This document shows positions 17,874 to 28,505 of a DNA stretch of 38,912 nt, in pieces. The notes beneath the pieces are model-generated. The model saw only the letters and a program-made list of their open reading frames with translations. It made no database searches and was not told the DNA's origin. A program made the translations under genes and the position numbers. The stretch comes from Geobacter sp. (GTDB lineage: Bacteria; Myxococcota_A; UBA9160; JADFDR01): contig JADFDR010000003.1 in the NCBI GenBank assembly GCA_018262735.1, positions 1 through 38,912 of the forward strand, given 5' to 3'. Position 1 is the first letter of the stretch. Every line of letters starts with the position of its first letter.

Positions 17874-19217
17874 ATGTCCGACGAAAATCGAAAACACATC
17901 GTAGCCATCATCGGCGGTGCGACAGCCGGTGCTGAGGTTGCCAAGCAACTCGCCGATCGCGGCGTACACGTCGTCATCTTCGAAAAGAATCCTCGACCGT
18001 ACGGAAAAATCGAAGATGGACTGCCGCGTTGGCACGACAATCAGCGACGGAAAGAGTACGAAACGATTCGTGAAAAACTGGCTCGCGATCGTGTGCATTT
18101 CGTACCCAACACAAAAGTCGGAACGGATCTCGATTTCATCGATCTCGTCCGTGGCTGGGGGTTTAGCGCGGTCGTGCTCGCGTGTGGCGCTTGGGCCGAT
18201 CGCAAGCTTGAGCTGCCGGGCATCGAAAAATACGAAAACAAAACCCTCCTCTATCAAAACCCCTTCGTCTATTGGTTCAATCACTACAACGAAAAATCCT
18301 ACACAGGAACGCGTTACGAATTGCAAGACGGTGCCATCGTCATCGGAGGCGGTCTCGCATCGATCGACGTCGCAAAAATCCACACGCTTGAATTCGCACG
18401 CCGCGCGCTCGCGGGAAAAGGAATCGAAATTTCGATTCCGGAACTTGAACATCAGGGCATTCCAAAAGCACTCGCAGCAGCAGGTCTCTCCTGGAAAGGT
18501 CTGGGGTTGCGAGGATGCACACTTTTTTACCGACGACGTATCGAAGACATGCCGGTGATGGGTGCGCCGGACAATGCAACCCCCGAGCAAATCGTGAAAG
18601 TCGAAACCGGTCGCAAGCGGATGGTCGAAAAGGCCGTCGAAAAATTTTGCTTTCGCATTGAACCACTTGCGGCGCCCGAAGCGGTGCTCGAAGAAAACGG
18701 CCAAATGGTCGGACTCGTATTCCGCCGCAACAAGTTTGAGAACGGCAAACTCTCCGCCACGGCTGAAACCTTCGCCGTACGCACACCGTACGTCGTGAGT
18801 TCGATCGGTAGCGTACCGGATCCGATCCCGGGCATTCCGATGCGCGGCGATCTCTTCGATTTTTCGGATTTCGAATTGGGAAGACTCAAGGAATTTCCGA
18901 CGGTGTTTGGCGCGGGCAATGTCGTGACGGGCAAAGGCAATATCGTGGCCTCGCGCAAGCACAGCGTCGAAGTCAGTCAATTCCTCATCGAAAAATATCT
19001 CGGGATCGACGACGGAAAATCTCTGCCGGCGGAAGCCAAAGCGGCCGTGACGGCACCCGCGCGCGAACTCGCCGAACATATTGCCAAGAGCCCGGGGATC
19101 GCACAGACCACAATCGACACAATTTTGGATCGCGTCAAAAAACGCCAAACCGAAGTAGGCTACACCAGCGACTATGCAGCGTGGCTCAAAAAAGTAACAC
19201 CAACAGATCTCGAGTAA
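17874..19217 (+). CDS. FAD/NAD(P)-dependent oxidoreductase, ferredoxin-NADP+ reductase (FprA/adrenodoxin-reductase-like)
   Basis: N-terminal Rossmann motif VAIIGGATAG...FEKNPRPYGKIEDGLP and a second dinucleotide motif VIGGGLASIDVA; start at 17865 or 17874. Confidence 0.8.
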   Translation: MSDENRKHIVAIIGGATAGAEVAKQLADRGVHVVIFEKNPRPYGKIEDGLPRWHDNQRRKEYETIREKLARDRVHFVPNTKVGTDLDFIDLVRGWGFSAVVLACGAWADRKLELPGIEKYENKTLLYQNPFVYWFNHYNEKSYTGTRYELQDGAIVIGGGLASIDVAKIHTLEFARRALAGKGIEISIPELEHQGIPKALAAAGLSWKGLGLRGCTLFYRRRIEDMPVMGAPDNATPEQIVKVETGRKRMVEKAVEKFCFRIEPLAAPEAVLEENGQMVGLVFRRNKFENGKLSATAETFAVRTPYVVSSIGSVPDPIPGIPMRGDLFDFSDFELGRLKEFPTVFGAGNVVTGKGNIVASRKHSVEVSQFLIEKYLGIDDGKSLPAEAKAAVTAPARELAEHIAKSPGIAQTTIDTILDRVKKRQTEVGYTSDYAAWLKKVTPTDLE

Positions 19218-19311
19218 TCACGCGACGCTCGGCATTCCATTTTGACACAGCGATGTGACTCTTCGGTACGCTGCGCTTTCACAATTCGAAATTTGGAATG
19301 TGTTGCATCTC

Positions 19312-19422
19312 AGAAATTTCGAATCCATTCCGTTTTTCGAGCCTTTTCGCAAACCAAATCTGATGTTTTCCGTCGGTGAAAAATCAACCCGCATTCATCA
19401 AGCGAAAGCAATCAGAACCTCC
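19312..19422 (-). mobile_element. MITE-like repeat, copy E
   Basis: Plus-strand TGATGTTTTCCGTCGGTGAAAAATCAAC core with degenerate terminal repeats; aligns with copies D and F. Confidence 0.8.
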
Positions 19423-19447
19423 CTCATCCATGCGAGCGGAGTCAACG

Positions 19448-19493
19448 CAAAGCGGCTCGCCTCGAAAGACCTCCGAAGCGAGCCGCTTTGTTT
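19448..19493. terminator. Stem-loop / probable bidirectional terminator between convergent genes
   Basis: 13-bp stem CAAAGCGGCTCGC / GCGAGCCGCTTTG, about 17 nt past the rpoD stop. Confidence 0.65.
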
Positions 19494-19507
19494 CCAACGA
19501 CCGTACT

Positions 19508-21364
19508 TTAATTCTCGATAAACGCCTTGAGCAAGCGACTGCGGCTCGGGTGGCGAAGCTTGCGCAGCGCCTTGGCCTCGATCTGTCGAATCCGCTCGCG
19601 TGTCACATCGAAATCCTGCCCGACCTCTTCGAGTGTATGGTTCGAGCGCTCGCCAATTCCAAAGCGCATCTTGAGCACGCGCTCTTCGCGTGGACCGAGC
19701 GTCGCAAGCACTCTGCGCGTTTGGTCGGCCAGATTTTCTTCAAGAACACTATCCTGCGGATTCGTCACATTCTTGTCTTCGATGAAATCCCCGAGATTGC
19801 TGTCCTCGTCTTCGCCCACCGGCGATTCGAGACTAATCGGCTCTTTTGCGATCTTGAGCACCATCTGCACTTTCTCGAGCGGTAGCTCAAGCTTCTCCGT
19901 CAACTCCTCGGGCGTCGGTTCGCGGCCAAACACTTGCACGAGTTGACGACTGGCTCGCGCAAGTTTGTTGATCGTTTCAATCATGTGTACCGGAATCCGG
20001 ATCGTACGCGCTTGATCCGCAATCGCGCGCGTAATCGCCTGACGAATCCACCACGTCGCATACGTCGAAAATTTGTAACCACGCCGCCACTCAAATTTTT
20101 CGACTGCCTTCATCAAGCCGATATTGCCTTCCTGAATCAAATCGAGGAATTGCAAACCGCGGCTGGTGTATTTCTTCGCAATCGACACCACGAGTCGCAA
20201 ATTTGCTTCGATCAATTCGCACTTCGCTTGATGCGTAATGCGCGACGCCTCTTTGTATTCCGAAAGTGTCGTGCGAATTTCATCGACATTCATTCGTGTA
20301 TCGGACTCGATCTTATCGAGCGCTCGTTCGAATCCTTTTAGCTCCTCCACGGTGCGTGCAATTCGCGCCGCATCGCCACCCAGCTTCAACAAAGCATCTT
20401 TGCCGGGCTTGCTGCGCCGTGTCGCCAAAAGCGCCATTTTTTGAAATGCACGCCTTTCCGCCACTACGTAATTCTCGAGCACTTTGCGGATGCTACGTTC
20501 GATACGTCGAATTTCCTTGTCGATCGTCTCGAGTCGATCCGTCATGCGCTGGATCTGAACATTCTTGAAGCGAACTTCCCTCAACAACGACAGCGTTTCC
20601 GTGTACCGCTCCTCGATCTCTTGCTGCAGTCGCGCCCGCGTTTGTGCACTGGTACGCGAATTGGCCGCTGCACTCAATCGCCGCGCCACGTCTCCTTCGA
20701 TCGCCTTGATCTGCTCAATCACGGCTTCAAACTGCGCACGCCGCTCCTCGAGATCAAGCACGGGCTCTTCCTCGTCAAGCCCCGTCACCAATTCACGCAA
20801 TTCGATCTGCCCATTTCGATACGACTCAAAAGTGCGTAACAAATCGCGTATGCCGAAGGGCGTTCCCAGGATCAGACGATTCTGCCGCTCTTGCCCGACT
20901 TCGATGCGCTGCGCAATCTCGACTTCGCCGTTGCGCGTAAGCAGAGCCACTTGGCCCATTTCGCGGAGATACACACGAACAGGATCGTTCGTATAATGGT
21001 CGCCTCCTTCGCGAGACTCTGCCGACGGACGACGCTTGCGCGACGGCAGCTTACGCGGGACACGACGTTCATCGACGACATTCACGCCCTTTGCCGCCAA
21101 GAATTCAAAAACGGCTTCAATCGTGCCCGCTTGCACGATCTGCTTGGGAAGCCCTTCATTGATTTCGTCGTAAGTGAGCCCACCTTTGCGCAGTCCGAGA
21201 ACGACGAGTTCTTGCACTTCGGCCAAACTCGCAATGACCGCACCCTCGAACAACGCATTCGAGCCTTTCGGTGTTTTGCCCTTCTCGATTTTCGTATTTT
21301 TTCTCGCTCCAGCGGTCTGCCGTGTGAGCCCCTTCGAACTTGCCGACGGATTGACAGTTGCCAT
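19508..21364 (-). CDS. rpoD: RNA polymerase primary sigma factor
   Basis: Motifs [58 protein letters not shown] and [19 protein letters not shown]. Confidence 0.98.
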   Translation of the reverse strand: MATVNPSASSKGLTRQTAGARKNTKIEKGKTPKGSNALFEGAVIASLAEVQELVVLGLRKGGLTYDEINEGLPKQIVQAGTIEAVFEFLAAKGVNVVDERRVPRKLPSRKRRPSAESREGGDHYTNDPVRVYLREMGQVALLTRNGEVEIAQRIEVGQERQNRLILGTPFGIRDLLRTFESYRNGQIELRELVTGLDEEEPVLDLEERRAQFEAVIEQIKAIEGDVARRLSAAANSRTSAQTRARLQQEIEERYTETLSLLREVRFKNVQIQRMTDRLETIDKEIRRIERSIRKVLENYVVAERRAFQKMALLATRRSKPGKDALLKLGGDAARIARTVEELKGFERALDKIESDTRMNVDEIRTTLSEYKEASRITHQAKCELIEANLRLVVSIAKKYTSRGLQFLDLIQEGNIGLMKAVEKFEWRRGYKFSTYATWWIRQAITRAIADQARTIRIPVHMIETINKLARASRQLVQVFGREPTPEELTEKLELPLEKVQMVLKIAKEPISLESPVGEDEDSNLGDFIEDKNVTNPQDSVLEENLADQTRRVLATLGPREERVLKMRFGIGERSNHTLEEVGQDFDVTRERIRQIEAKALRKLRHPSRSRLLKAFIEN

Positions 21365-21466
21365 GCGCTTCCCCCTTCATGACACAATCGTGATTCAATC
21401 GTTCTCCGCCTCACCACCCCAATGGCGAGAGCGTCCTGCCAAATCTCGGAACGCACGTTTCTCGAA

Positions 21467-23239
21467 CTATTTCTGCTCTTTCTTTTGATTCAACGTGCGC
21501 TTTTTCTCTTCGAGCTGTTTCTGCTTGTTTTCCAGGAGCAACACCGCATTGTGACTTGGATCTTCGAGAAACTTTCGGGTTTCTGCGCGCTGTTCTTGTT
21601 TCACCCGGCGTTCCTGAAGGCGTTCGATGACATCGCGCACTGCGACGGAAATTTTTTGAGGTGTAAGCGGCGGCGAGGGATGAGCAACGATTTCGAGGTA
21701 AAACATTTTGGCAGGATCTTCGAGTCGCTCGGCAATATCGAGCAAACTCCCCTCACCTTCCATTTGCCAACATTCGATTGCGCGCACAATCGACTTCCAA
21801 GGCCCTTCCTCGAGCAGAGCATCAAGATCGACAGACTCGAGCTGCCGCGCTTCGGCAGGAGCTGCCACGAGATAAGTCGCAAGTTCCTTGGCGTAGCGCT
21901 CTACGCCAGACACCGTTTTGCGCAAAGGTTTCGGTGCTGCCGACGGTGCATCGTCCGCCGCACCGCGAAGTTCCAGCACTTCACCGCGAAGAAGTTCTTG
22001 TTTCAAATCGAGCTGCAGCGCCAAGCGACGCGTAAATTCATCACATTCGATCGAGTTTGGAATCAACGCGATGAGTGCGGTGATTTGCTTGGCGACGTCC
22101 GCCTTTTGCCACGGCGTAGCGCAACCCTTGGCAAGCGCGCGACGTGTCACGAGATCAAGCGCCATCGGCGCTTCCTCAATCAATTGACGCAATTTTGCGT
22201 CACCGTGGGTTTTCCGAAAATCATCGGGATCAAGAGCATCCGGAAGAAACACTGCGCGAACACGCAAACCCTGTGGAAGCAACACTTCGAGCCCCTTGTG
22301 CATCGCACGTTGCCCGGCCTCGTCTCCGTCGAAAACCAAGACGATCTCCTTCGCCCGCCGGCGTAGATCTTGCGCATGCTCCGCTGTCAAAGCCGTTCCA
22401 CACGTCGCCAAAGTTTCTGCGATTCCCGCGCAATGCATCGCAATCAAATCGAAGTAACCTTCAACGAGAACGACTCTTTCCCCCCGGCGAATCGCTTCAA
22501 GCGCATGGGGAAAACCGTAGAACGCTTCTCGCTTTCGGTAAATAGGTGTTTCGGGAGAATTTACATATTTTGCACCGTCGGACTTACCGAGGGTGCGACC
22601 CCCAAAGCCAATCACACGACCGCGCACATCCCGAATCGGAAACGTGATCCGCTCACGCAGTCGATCATACACTCGACCCTTCTCGCTTCGCGCAAGGAGC
22701 CCTGCTCTCTCTCCGTCGGCAGACGAGTATTTTGCGCGCTCGATAACCTTCGCGAGCGTATCCCAACTATCCGGCGCAAAACCAAGTCCAAAGGTGTCGA
22801 TCATCTCGTTCGGGATTCCGCGTTGGGCAAGATAATCGCGGGCTACACTCCCCTGAGGCGATCGCAAAATTTTGAAGTAGGTGTCTTGTGCTAGCTGATT
22901 GAGCTTGAGCACGGGCTCCGTGACACCAACGTCGGTGTTCGCGGTGTCGGCAATCGAGATTCCTTGCTCCTCGGCGAGTTGGCGTACTGCTTCGGGAAAA
23001 CTCAAGTTGTCGTGGCGCATCAAAAATGTGATGGCATTGCCGCCCTCGCCGCAGCCAAAGCAATGAAAAATTTGGCGATCGACGTTGACGTTGAACGACG
23101 GAGTTTTTTCGTTATGGAACGGGCAGAGCCCTTTGAAATTGCGCCCGGCTTGGCGAAGAGTGATGTATCGCCCAATGAACTCGACAATATCCACGCGATC
23201 CCGAACTAGCTGAATCGTCTCGTCGGAAATTCGGCTCAC
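21467..23239 (-). CDS. dnaG: DNA primase
   Basis: CHC2 zinc finger (LCPFHNEKTPSF...FHCFGC), KYVNSPETP, and TOPRIM motifs VEGYFD / FDGDEAG. Confidence 0.98.
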   Translation of the reverse strand: MSRISDETIQLVRDRVDIVEFIGRYITLRQAGRNFKGLCPFHNEKTPSFNVNVDRQIFHCFGCGEGGNAITFLMRHDNLSFPEAVRQLAEEQGISIADTANTDVGVTEPVLKLNQLAQDTYFKILRSPQGSVARDYLAQRGIPNEMIDTFGLGFAPDSWDTLAKVIERAKYSSADGERAGLLARSEKGRVYDRLRERITFPIRDVRGRVIGFGGRTLGKSDGAKYVNSPETPIYRKREAFYGFPHALEAIRRGERVVLVEGYFDLIAMHCAGIAETLATCGTALTAEHAQDLRRRAKEIVLVFDGDEAGQRAMHKGLEVLLPQGLRVRAVFLPDALDPDDFRKTHGDAKLRQLIEEAPMALDLVTRRALAKGCATPWQKADVAKQITALIALIPNSIECDEFTRRLALQLDLKQELLRGEVLELRGAADDAPSAAPKPLRKTVSGVERYAKELATYLVAAPAEARQLESVDLDALLEEGPWKSIVRAIECWQMEGEGSLLDIAERLEDPAKMFYLEIVAHPSPPLTPQKISVAVRDVIERLQERRVKQEQRAETRKFLEDPSHNAVLLLENKQKQLEEKKRTLNQKKEQK

Positions 23240-23259
23240 ATCCGGCCAAGCCTCCGTGC

Positions 23260-23457
23260 TTATTGCACTTGTCGCTTAATCTTCTTGAGCGCGCGCTTGC
23301 GAGCCGCAATCTCTTTCTTCTTGCGACGCACACTCGGCTTGTCGTAGAACTCACGCCGACGGAGATCGGAAAGAACACCCGTCTTTTCGACTTGCTTCTT
23401 AAAACGGCGCATCGCCGATTCAAAAGACTCATTGTCTTTCAGTTTGATGACGGACAT
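23260..23457 (-). CDS. rpsU: 30S ribosomal protein S21
   Basis: [12 protein letters not shown]...[16 protein letters not shown]; GGAG ribosome-binding site; rpsU-dnaG-rpoD order. Confidence 0.97.
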   Translation of the reverse strand: MSVIKLKDNESFESAMRRFKKQVEKTGVLSDLRRREFYDKPSVRRKKKEIAARKRALKKIKRQVQ

Positions 23458-23689
23458 CCTCGAACACTCCTTGCTTGAACGGCACAAAAAGCAAACCGAA
23501 GTTCAACCAACTCTTGCAAATCGACTCGGCTTGGAAAGCGATTTTTCCGGCGGCCCTGCACCGCGGGAGCCGCATGCTAGCGAAGCGATCTTCGACGATC
23601 AACTCGCATTGACCTCCGAACCAGGAACGTCTTGGAAGCCCAAATCCAAAATCAAAACGGGATGCGATCACCAATTTGGTCCGCTCGCT

Positions 23690-24502
23690 TCACGAGCAGG
23701 ACGACTTGCACTCCGGCGGACGGACTGGAATGCCCAGCTCGAGGAGGCGACGTTTGACCTTCGGCACCGTTGTCTCTTTGAAGTGAAAAATCGACGCGGC
23801 AAGTGCAGCCTGCGCATGGCCACCGTGAGGTCCGTCGTCGAGAGCAGCGGCCATGTCTTCCGCGCTGCCCGCACCGCCCGATGCAATCACCGGAATCGTC
23901 ACAGCGTCGGAGATCGTGCGCACGAGTTCGAGATCGTAGCCCGCCTTTGTCCCGTCCCCGTCCATGCTTGTGAGCAAAATTTCACCTGCACCAGCTTGCG
24001 CCATACGACGCGCCCACTCGACGGCATCAATCCCCGTCGCACGACGTCCGCCGTGCGTGCAAACTTCCCAGCGCGGCGTGCCCGACGCGGCAGTGCCCGC
24101 GACACGACGTGCATCGATCGCGAGCACGAGATTCGCACTGCCAATCTTCGCTGCAGCTTCACCGACGAGATCCGGATTGTTCACCGCAGCGGTCATGATC
24201 GAAACTTTGTCCGCACCGGCATTCAAGAGATCACGAATGTCTTGCAGGGTGCGCACACCTCCACCGACGGTGAGCGGCATAAACACCGTCTCCGCCGTAC
24301 GCGTGACGACATCGAAAATCGTGCGGCGCTCTTCATGACTCGCCGTAATGTCGAGAAAAGTAACTTCGTCCGCGCCTTGCTCGTCGTACATTCGAGCCAC
24401 TTCGACGGGATCTCCCGCGTCAACGTGATCGATATACTGCACGCCTTTGACGACCCGACCGCGATCGACATCAAGACAAGGAATGATTCGCTTTAACAAC
24501 AT
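23690..24502 (-). CDS. hisF: Imidazole glycerol phosphate synthase cyclase subunit
   Basis: Motifs [28 protein letters not shown] and ALAASIFH. Confidence 0.97.
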   Translation of the reverse strand: MLLKRIIPCLDVDRGRVVKGVQYIDHVDAGDPVEVARMYDEQGADEVTFLDITASHEERRTIFDVVTRTAETVFMPLTVGGGVRTLQDIRDLLNAGADKVSIMTAAVNNPDLVGEAAAKIGSANLVLAIDARRVAGTAASGTPRWEVCTHGGRRATGIDAVEWARRMAQAGAGEILLTSMDGDGTKAGYDLELVRTISDAVTIPVIASGGAGSAEDMAAALDDGPHGGHAQAALAASIFHFKETTVPKVKRRLLELGIPVRPPECKSSCS

Positions 24503-25233
24503 GAAATGCCTTCGAGTGCACGCTCGAGATCGACGGCGCCTGTGTAGAGCGCGCGACCGACGATCACGCCTGCAATGCCTTTCGCATGCAACGCCGCCGC
24601 GTTTTGAATGTCGGCTTCCGAGCCGACACCGCCCGACGCAATCACGGGGATTTGCACCGCTTGCGCGATCTTCACGGTTGCATCCAAGTTCGGTCCGCTC
24701 AGCATTCCGTCACGTGAAATATCGGTATAAATCAGAGCCGCAACTCCGACATCTTCGAAACGCTTGGCAAGATCGACTGCGAGTACATCGCTCGTTTCAA
24801 GCCAACCTTCGACGGCAACGCGTCCATCCCGAGCGTCGAGTCCCACTGCGATCCTGCCTGCAAACCGCTTGGCGGCTTGGCAAACGAGTTCGGGATCTGT
24901 CAGCGCAATCGTCCCAAGAATCACGCGTTGCACGCCAAGCTCGAGCATTTCTTCGACGACGGCCAGCGTGCGAATGCCGCCACCGAATTGCACCGGTACT
25001 GCACCTGCTACCGCGACGATGGCACGAATCGCACTTTGATTTTTCGGGGCACCGCTCTTCGCCCCGTCGAGATCGACGACGTGCAGACGGCGGATCGCAT
25101 GCTTCAAAAAATTTTGGGCTGCTTGCGCGGGATCTGCGGCATACACCGTCGCAGCGTCATAGCGTCCTTGCGAAAGCCGCACGCACTTGCCTTCAAGAAG
25201 ATCAATCGCCGGGATCAGCTCGAACGCACTCAC
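24493..25233 (-). CDS. hisA: ProFAR isomerase
   Basis: Motifs [27 protein letters not shown] and [14 protein letters not shown]; GTG start coupled to the upstream stop. Confidence 0.96.
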   Translation of the reverse strand: MSAFELIPAIDLLEGKCVRLSQGRYDAATVYAADPAQAAQNFLKHAIRRLHVVDLDGAKSGAPKNQSAIRAIVAVAGAVPVQFGGGIRTLAVVEEMLELGVQRVILGTIALTDPELVCQAAKRFAGRIAVGLDARDGRVAVEGWLETSDVLAVDLAKRFEDVGVAALIYTDISRDGMLSGPNLDATVKIAQAVQIPVIASGGVGSEADIQNAAALHAKGIAGVIVGRALYTGAVDLERALEGISCC

Positions 25234-25862
25234 TTTGCCCGTCCTTTGCGAAGTTTCACGAGAGCTTTGGCCACTTCTTTGCTTCCCCAGCGCGCAAGCT
25301 CTTCCGCCGAAAGCCAACGACTACCCATACTCGGATAACGCGTCGAAACCAGAAGATTCTCCGACACTGCGACTTGGCGCTCATCGAAAACAGCGTCGAG
25401 CAGCTTTGCACCGTCCTGCACACGATAAAGTGTCACTCGAAAACCGACTCGTGCCGCTTTCTGAGCACCCACCGCACTTCCTTGCAACGCTTCGTAGTGT
25501 TGCACTTCACCGAGCAGGATGCTGTCGACACCCCAGCGCTGTGCCAAACGATTCCCGAGCACGGCGGGCGACTCTGCGACAACATCCTCACCCAAGGCCA
25601 GCTCTACGTCGCTTCCCGCAATGATCGAAATGCCCCGTGCTGCAAGTGCTTCCGCCATGTAACGCGTGACCCGCGCCCCCGTGTCCTGGTCGTGTGCAAC
25701 CGCACGACCTTCCGAAAAGGGCAGCACAGCAACACGATTCAATGTCGACGAAGTCGAGTGCCAGGCGGGAGTCGTTTGCAAATGCGCAAAAGGATGCAAG
25801 CAAGCCGTTGCGAAAAACGCCATTCCCAGAACACCGAGTCCACGCACGATACGTTTCAACAT
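25230..25862 (-). CDS. Lipoprotein of CsgG/TolB-N/DUF799-like fold inserted in the his operon
   Basis: Lipobox FATAC; RVAVLPF motif; GVDSILLGEV; overlaps both the hisH stop and the hisA start. Confidence 0.7.
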   Translation of the reverse strand: MLKRIVRGLGVLGMAFFATACLHPFAHLQTTPAWHSTSSTLNRVAVLPFSEGRAVAHDQDTGARVTRYMAEALAARGISIIAGSDVELALGEDVVAESPAVLGNRLAQRWGVDSILLGEVQHYEALQGSAVGAQKAARVGFRVTLYRVQDGAKLLDAVFDERQVAVSENLLVSTRYPSMGSRWLSAEELARWGSKEVAKALVKLRKGRAK

Positions 25863-26500
25863 TTTTGAATCCACCCTGCAAACGCATCAAGCACGCGCTT
25901 GCCTGCAAGTTGACTTTTCTCAGGATGAAACTGCACGGCAAACACATTTTCGTGTGCCACGGCCGACGTAAATTCGCCGTCGTAATCCGTGCGACCGACG
26001 ACAAGACGCGCATCCATAGGCATCGCGCGATACGAATGCACGAAATAAAAAAAATCGCGCTGCGGCATTTTCGCAAGTAGCGGGTGCGCACCATCGAAAC
26101 AGACTTCGTTCCAACCAATATGCGGCACACGCAAAGGCGCACCCGACGCGCCAAAAGACGGAAAGCGTTCGACGCGGCCCTTAAAAATTCCAAGCCCACG
26201 ACTTCGCCCGTGCTCATCGCTCTCTTCGAAAAGCATTTGCAAACCGAGACAAAAACCAAGATACGGTTTGCCAATCCGGATCGCTTCGCACAACGCCTCG
26301 TCGAAGTGACGTGCACGCAAACTCTTCACCGCATCGGCAAAGGCACCGACGCCAGGCAATACGATCGCATCCGCCGCACGCAGCGTCTCCGGATCGCTCG
26401 TAACTTCGGTTTCCATCCCCGAGCGCAACAACGCCTTCGCAACGCTGCGAAGGTTCCCTGCGCCATAATCGACCAAGGCGATGTGAAGCTTACGATTCAT
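25856..26500 (-). CDS. hisH: Imidazole glycerol phosphate synthase glutaminase subunit
   Basis: Motifs DYGAGNLRSV, LPGVGAF, GFCLGLQ and QFHPEKS. Confidence 0.97.
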   Translation of the reverse strand: MNRKLHIALVDYGAGNLRSVAKALLRSGMETEVTSDPETLRAADAIVLPGVGAFADAVKSLRARHFDEALCEAIRIGKPYLGFCLGLQMLFEESDEHGRSRGLGIFKGRVERFPSFGASGAPLRVPHIGWNEVCFDGAHPLLAKMPQRDFFYFVHSYRAMPMDARLVVGRTDYDGEFTSAVAHENVFAVQFHPEKSQLAGKRVLDAFAGWIQKC

Positions 26501-26524
26501 GGAATCTCGCCCGAACTTTCTTGC

Positions 26525-27121
26525 TCAAAGAGTGCCTTTTACCGACGGAACACCGTGCACACGCGGATCTTTCTCGAGCGCCATCTTGAGTGCGCGCGCT
26601 GTCGCTTTGAAGATCGCTTCCGCTACATGGTGTGGATTTTTTCCGTAGCGAAGTTCGATGTGCAGATCGAGACCTGCGCTTTGCGCAAGCGCACCAAAGA
26701 ATTCTTCCACGAGTGAAATATCGAAGTCTCCCGCACGCAAATTTGTGACTTCGACGTTATACACAAAAAAGGGTCGATTCGAAACATCGACGACAGACTC
26801 GGCTTTCGCTTCACCCATCGGAACGACAAAAAAACCGAAACGGCGTATGCCTTCGGCGGTGCCAAGCGCTTGGCGAATGGCTTGACCAAGACAAATTCCG
26901 ACATCCTCCACGGCATGGTGATCGTCCACTTTCAAATCACCTTTTGCACGCAACGTCAAATCGAGGAGTGCGTGTTTGGCGAACGACTCCAACATGTGAT
27001 TGAAAAAACCAATTCCGGTTTCGACATCGTACTTTCCGGAGCCATCAAGATCGAGTTCGAGTCGAATTTCGGTTTCACGCGTCTTGCGCTCGATTACACT
27101 TTTCCGTGTTTGTTGTTGCAT
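26525..27121 (-). CDS. hisB: Imidazoleglycerol-phosphate dehydratase
   Basis: Motifs RKTRETEI, TGIGFFNHML, DDHHAVED, NPHHVAEAIFKA and PSVKGTL. Confidence 0.97.
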   Translation of the reverse strand: MQQQTRKSVIERKTRETEIRLELDLDGSGKYDVETGIGFFNHMLESFAKHALLDLTLRAKGDLKVDDHHAVEDVGICLGQAIRQALGTAEGIRRFGFFVVPMGEAKAESVVDVSNRPFFVYNVEVTNLRAGDFDISLVEEFFGALAQSAGLDLHIELRYGKNPHHVAEAIFKATARALKMALEKDPRVHGVPSVKGTL

Positions 27122-27126
27122 CCTAT

Positions 27127-28503
27127 TTACATCTCCTCTTCCGAGTCGGCATCGCGCGCGGCATCTCGTTCGCGTCGCGCACGCCGAATTTTTTGCAAAC
27201 GCAACTCGACGGCCACGCCATGCCCAGCCAGTCCTTCCAGCTCGGCAAGACGAATCACATCCGTACCCAGCTCACGCAACTTCGACGGTTCAAAACGTAT
27301 GATACTCATCCGTTTCAAGAAATCTTCGACGCCCAGCGGCGAAAAGAAACGCGCCGTCCCGCCCGTCGGTAGCACATGACTTGGTCCCGCCAAATAATCA
27401 CCGACCGCTTCGGGTGTATAGTGCCCTAGGAAGAGTGCTCCCGCGTTGGTGATTTTCTTCGAAATCAAATCTGCATCCTCGATCGCAAGCACCAAATGCT
27501 CGGGCGCATAACGATTCGATATTGCAATCGACTCTTCGAGATTCTTGGTCAAGATCACTGCACCATGCTGGGTCAGCGACTCGCGTGCAATTTTCGCACG
27601 CTTGAGGCAAGCGAGCTGCTTTTCGAGCTGCTCTTGCACGCGCGCTGCAAGTGCTTTGACATGCGTCACCAAAATCGAGCTTGCCATTTCATCGTGTTCG
27701 GCTTGTGAAAGCAAATCCGCAGCAACCCAAGCGGGCGTTGCCGACTTGTCGGCAAGAATCAAAATTTCACTCGGCCCCGCTTCAAGGTCGATGCCCACCT
27801 CACCGAAAACCAAACGCTTCGCCGTTGCAACATACACATTTCCGGGACCAACGATCTTATCGACGCGCGGTACGGTCTGTGTGCCGTGGGCAAGCGCCGC
27901 AATAGCTTGTGCGCCACCCACCTTGAACACGCGATGCACGCCGGCCACGCGAGCTGCCATCAAAACTTCCGGTCGAATGCGTCCGTCGCGATCGGGTGGC
28001 GTCACCATGACGATTTCGGGGACTTCGACCACCGAGGCAGGCACTGCATTCATGATCACGCTCGACGGATAGGAAGCCTTTCCGCCAGGCACATAGATGC
28101 CGACGCGCTCAAGTGGGCGCAATCGCTGCCCCATGAACGCACCGCCTTCTTCCCGCATCTCCCAGCTCGACGGAATGCGTTTTCGGTGAAAGTCACGCAC
28201 ACGCATGGCCGCCTTGCCGATGGCTGCGCGATTGGCCGGATCGACGGAAGCCACCGCCTCATCCCACTCATTTTTGGTTACTTCGAAACTTTTAAGTGTT
28301 ACACCATCATACTTTTCGGTGAGTGCGATCAACTCCGAATCTCCGTGCTCGCGCACGCGTTCGATGATCTTGCGTACCGTTTTCTCGACGGTGTCGTCGT
28401 CCGTGAAGCGACGTGCCACGAGTTTCTTGAACGCGCTTTCAAACTTCGGATCGTCGGTTTTTAAGACGGACAACAGCTCTTTCGATCCCGCTCGACTCGC
28501 CAT
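27127..28503 (-). CDS. hisD: Histidinol dehydrogenase
   Basis: Motifs YVPGGKASYPSSV, GGAQAIAALA, KIVGPGNVYV, SQAEHD and APEHL. Confidence 0.97.
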   Translation of the reverse strand: MASRAGSKELLSVLKTDDPKFESAFKKLVARRFTDDDTVEKTVRKIIERVREHGDSELIALTEKYDGVTLKSFEVTKNEWDEAVASVDPANRAAIGKAAMRVRDFHRKRIPSSWEMREEGGAFMGQRLRPLERVGIYVPGGKASYPSSVIMNAVPASVVEVPEIVMVTPPDRDGRIRPEVLMAARVAGVHRVFKVGGAQAIAALAHGTQTVPRVDKIVGPGNVYVATAKRLVFGEVGIDLEAGPSEILILADKSATPAWVAADLLSQAEHDEMASSILVTHVKALAARVQEQLEKQLACLKRAKIARESLTQHGAVILTKNLEESIAISNRYAPEHLVLAIEDADLISKKITNAGALFLGHYTPEAVGDYLAGPSHVLPTGGTARFFSPLGVEDFLKRMSIIRFEPSKLRELGTDVIRLAELEGLAGHGVAVELRLQKIRRARRERDAARDADSEEEM

Positions 28504-28505
28504 CG

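Noticed and set aside
17748-19148. Long antisense or alternative-frame ORFs (also 4422-5519, 13661-14623, 21422-22366, 23432-24496, 24447-25868, 28701-29786)
   Set aside because: They shadow well-supported genes, have no recognisable motifs, and are expected from codon bias at this GC content
19225-19305. Additional degenerate repeat fragments (also ~15025-15055, ~23598-23612, ~38690-38750)
   Set aside because: Only short partial similarity to the consensus; not distinguishable from chance without a profile search
26539-26553. Core-like TTACCGACGGAACAC inside hisB
   Set aside because: It encodes the conserved VPSVK end of HisB and lacks flanking repeat sequence; coincidental
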